Below are positions 63,648 to 64,000 of a DNA stretch of 64,000 nt, one piece after another (position 1 is the stretch's first letter; the number at the start of each line of letters is the position of its first letter). The notes beneath the pieces are model-generated. The model did no database searches and had not been told where the DNA came from. It saw only the letters and a list, made by a program, of their open reading frames with translations. The position numbers were made by a program, and so were the translations under genes. The stretch covers positions 39,556,001-39,620,000 of the forward strand of contig OX597817.1 in NCBI GenBank assembly GCA_951406725.2, given 5' to 3'. Origin of the DNA: Octopus vulgaris. Taxonomy: Eukaryota.

Positions 63648-63700
<53 letters not shown>

Positions 63701-64000
63701 GAGAAAGAGAGAGAGAGAGAAAGAGAGAGATAGTGAGAAAGAGAGCTAGTGAGAAAGAGAGCTAGTGATGCAGATAAATATGCTTGGGTATTATATATAA
63801 AATATACATGTAAATATATATATGGATACAGAAATATCCCCATATGATTTGTTGTTTTGATATGATTTGATCCATTTTCAGCTCATGAGCTGTGGCCATA
63901 ATTTTACTTCACTAATTCTTTATAGAAATTGACATTTGGTGCATGAGGGAGTTTGATGCCACTGCCCCCATCTGCACTTCCTGCTGTGAAATTGGTTCAT

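Overview
AT-rich, repeat-dense eukaryotic (animal) genomic DNA. The SINE repertoire and microsatellite load look like an octopus/coleoid cephalopod, which is inference only. The window holds 17 consecutive + strand coding exons (2305-49956; 3354 nt, 1118 codons, all GT-AG and phase-compatible) of a giant nesprin-1/SYNE1/Msp300-like gene: the second calponin-homology domain followed by spectrin repeats. The gene's start and end lie outside the window. Introns are filled with tRNA-derived SINEs, RTE-like LINE 3' ends, mariner/hAT/piggyBac/Tc2-like MITEs, a Helitron-like element and microsatellites. Nearly all non-exonic ORFs in the track are translations of repeats. Highlights: (1) a ~550-bp head-to-head palindromic element, present twice with target-site duplications, whose arms join a tRNA-like Pol III head to a minimal Penelope-type hammerhead ribozyme motif; the longer arm lacks the cleavage triplet at both loci; (2) two more hammerhead-like motifs in unrelated repeats; (3) a candidate alternative first exon (CCACCATGG, phase-0 donor) in the last intron that would give a CH-less nesprin isoform; (4) a perfect 222-bp palindrome. 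All alignments were done by eye and repeat boundaries are approximate.
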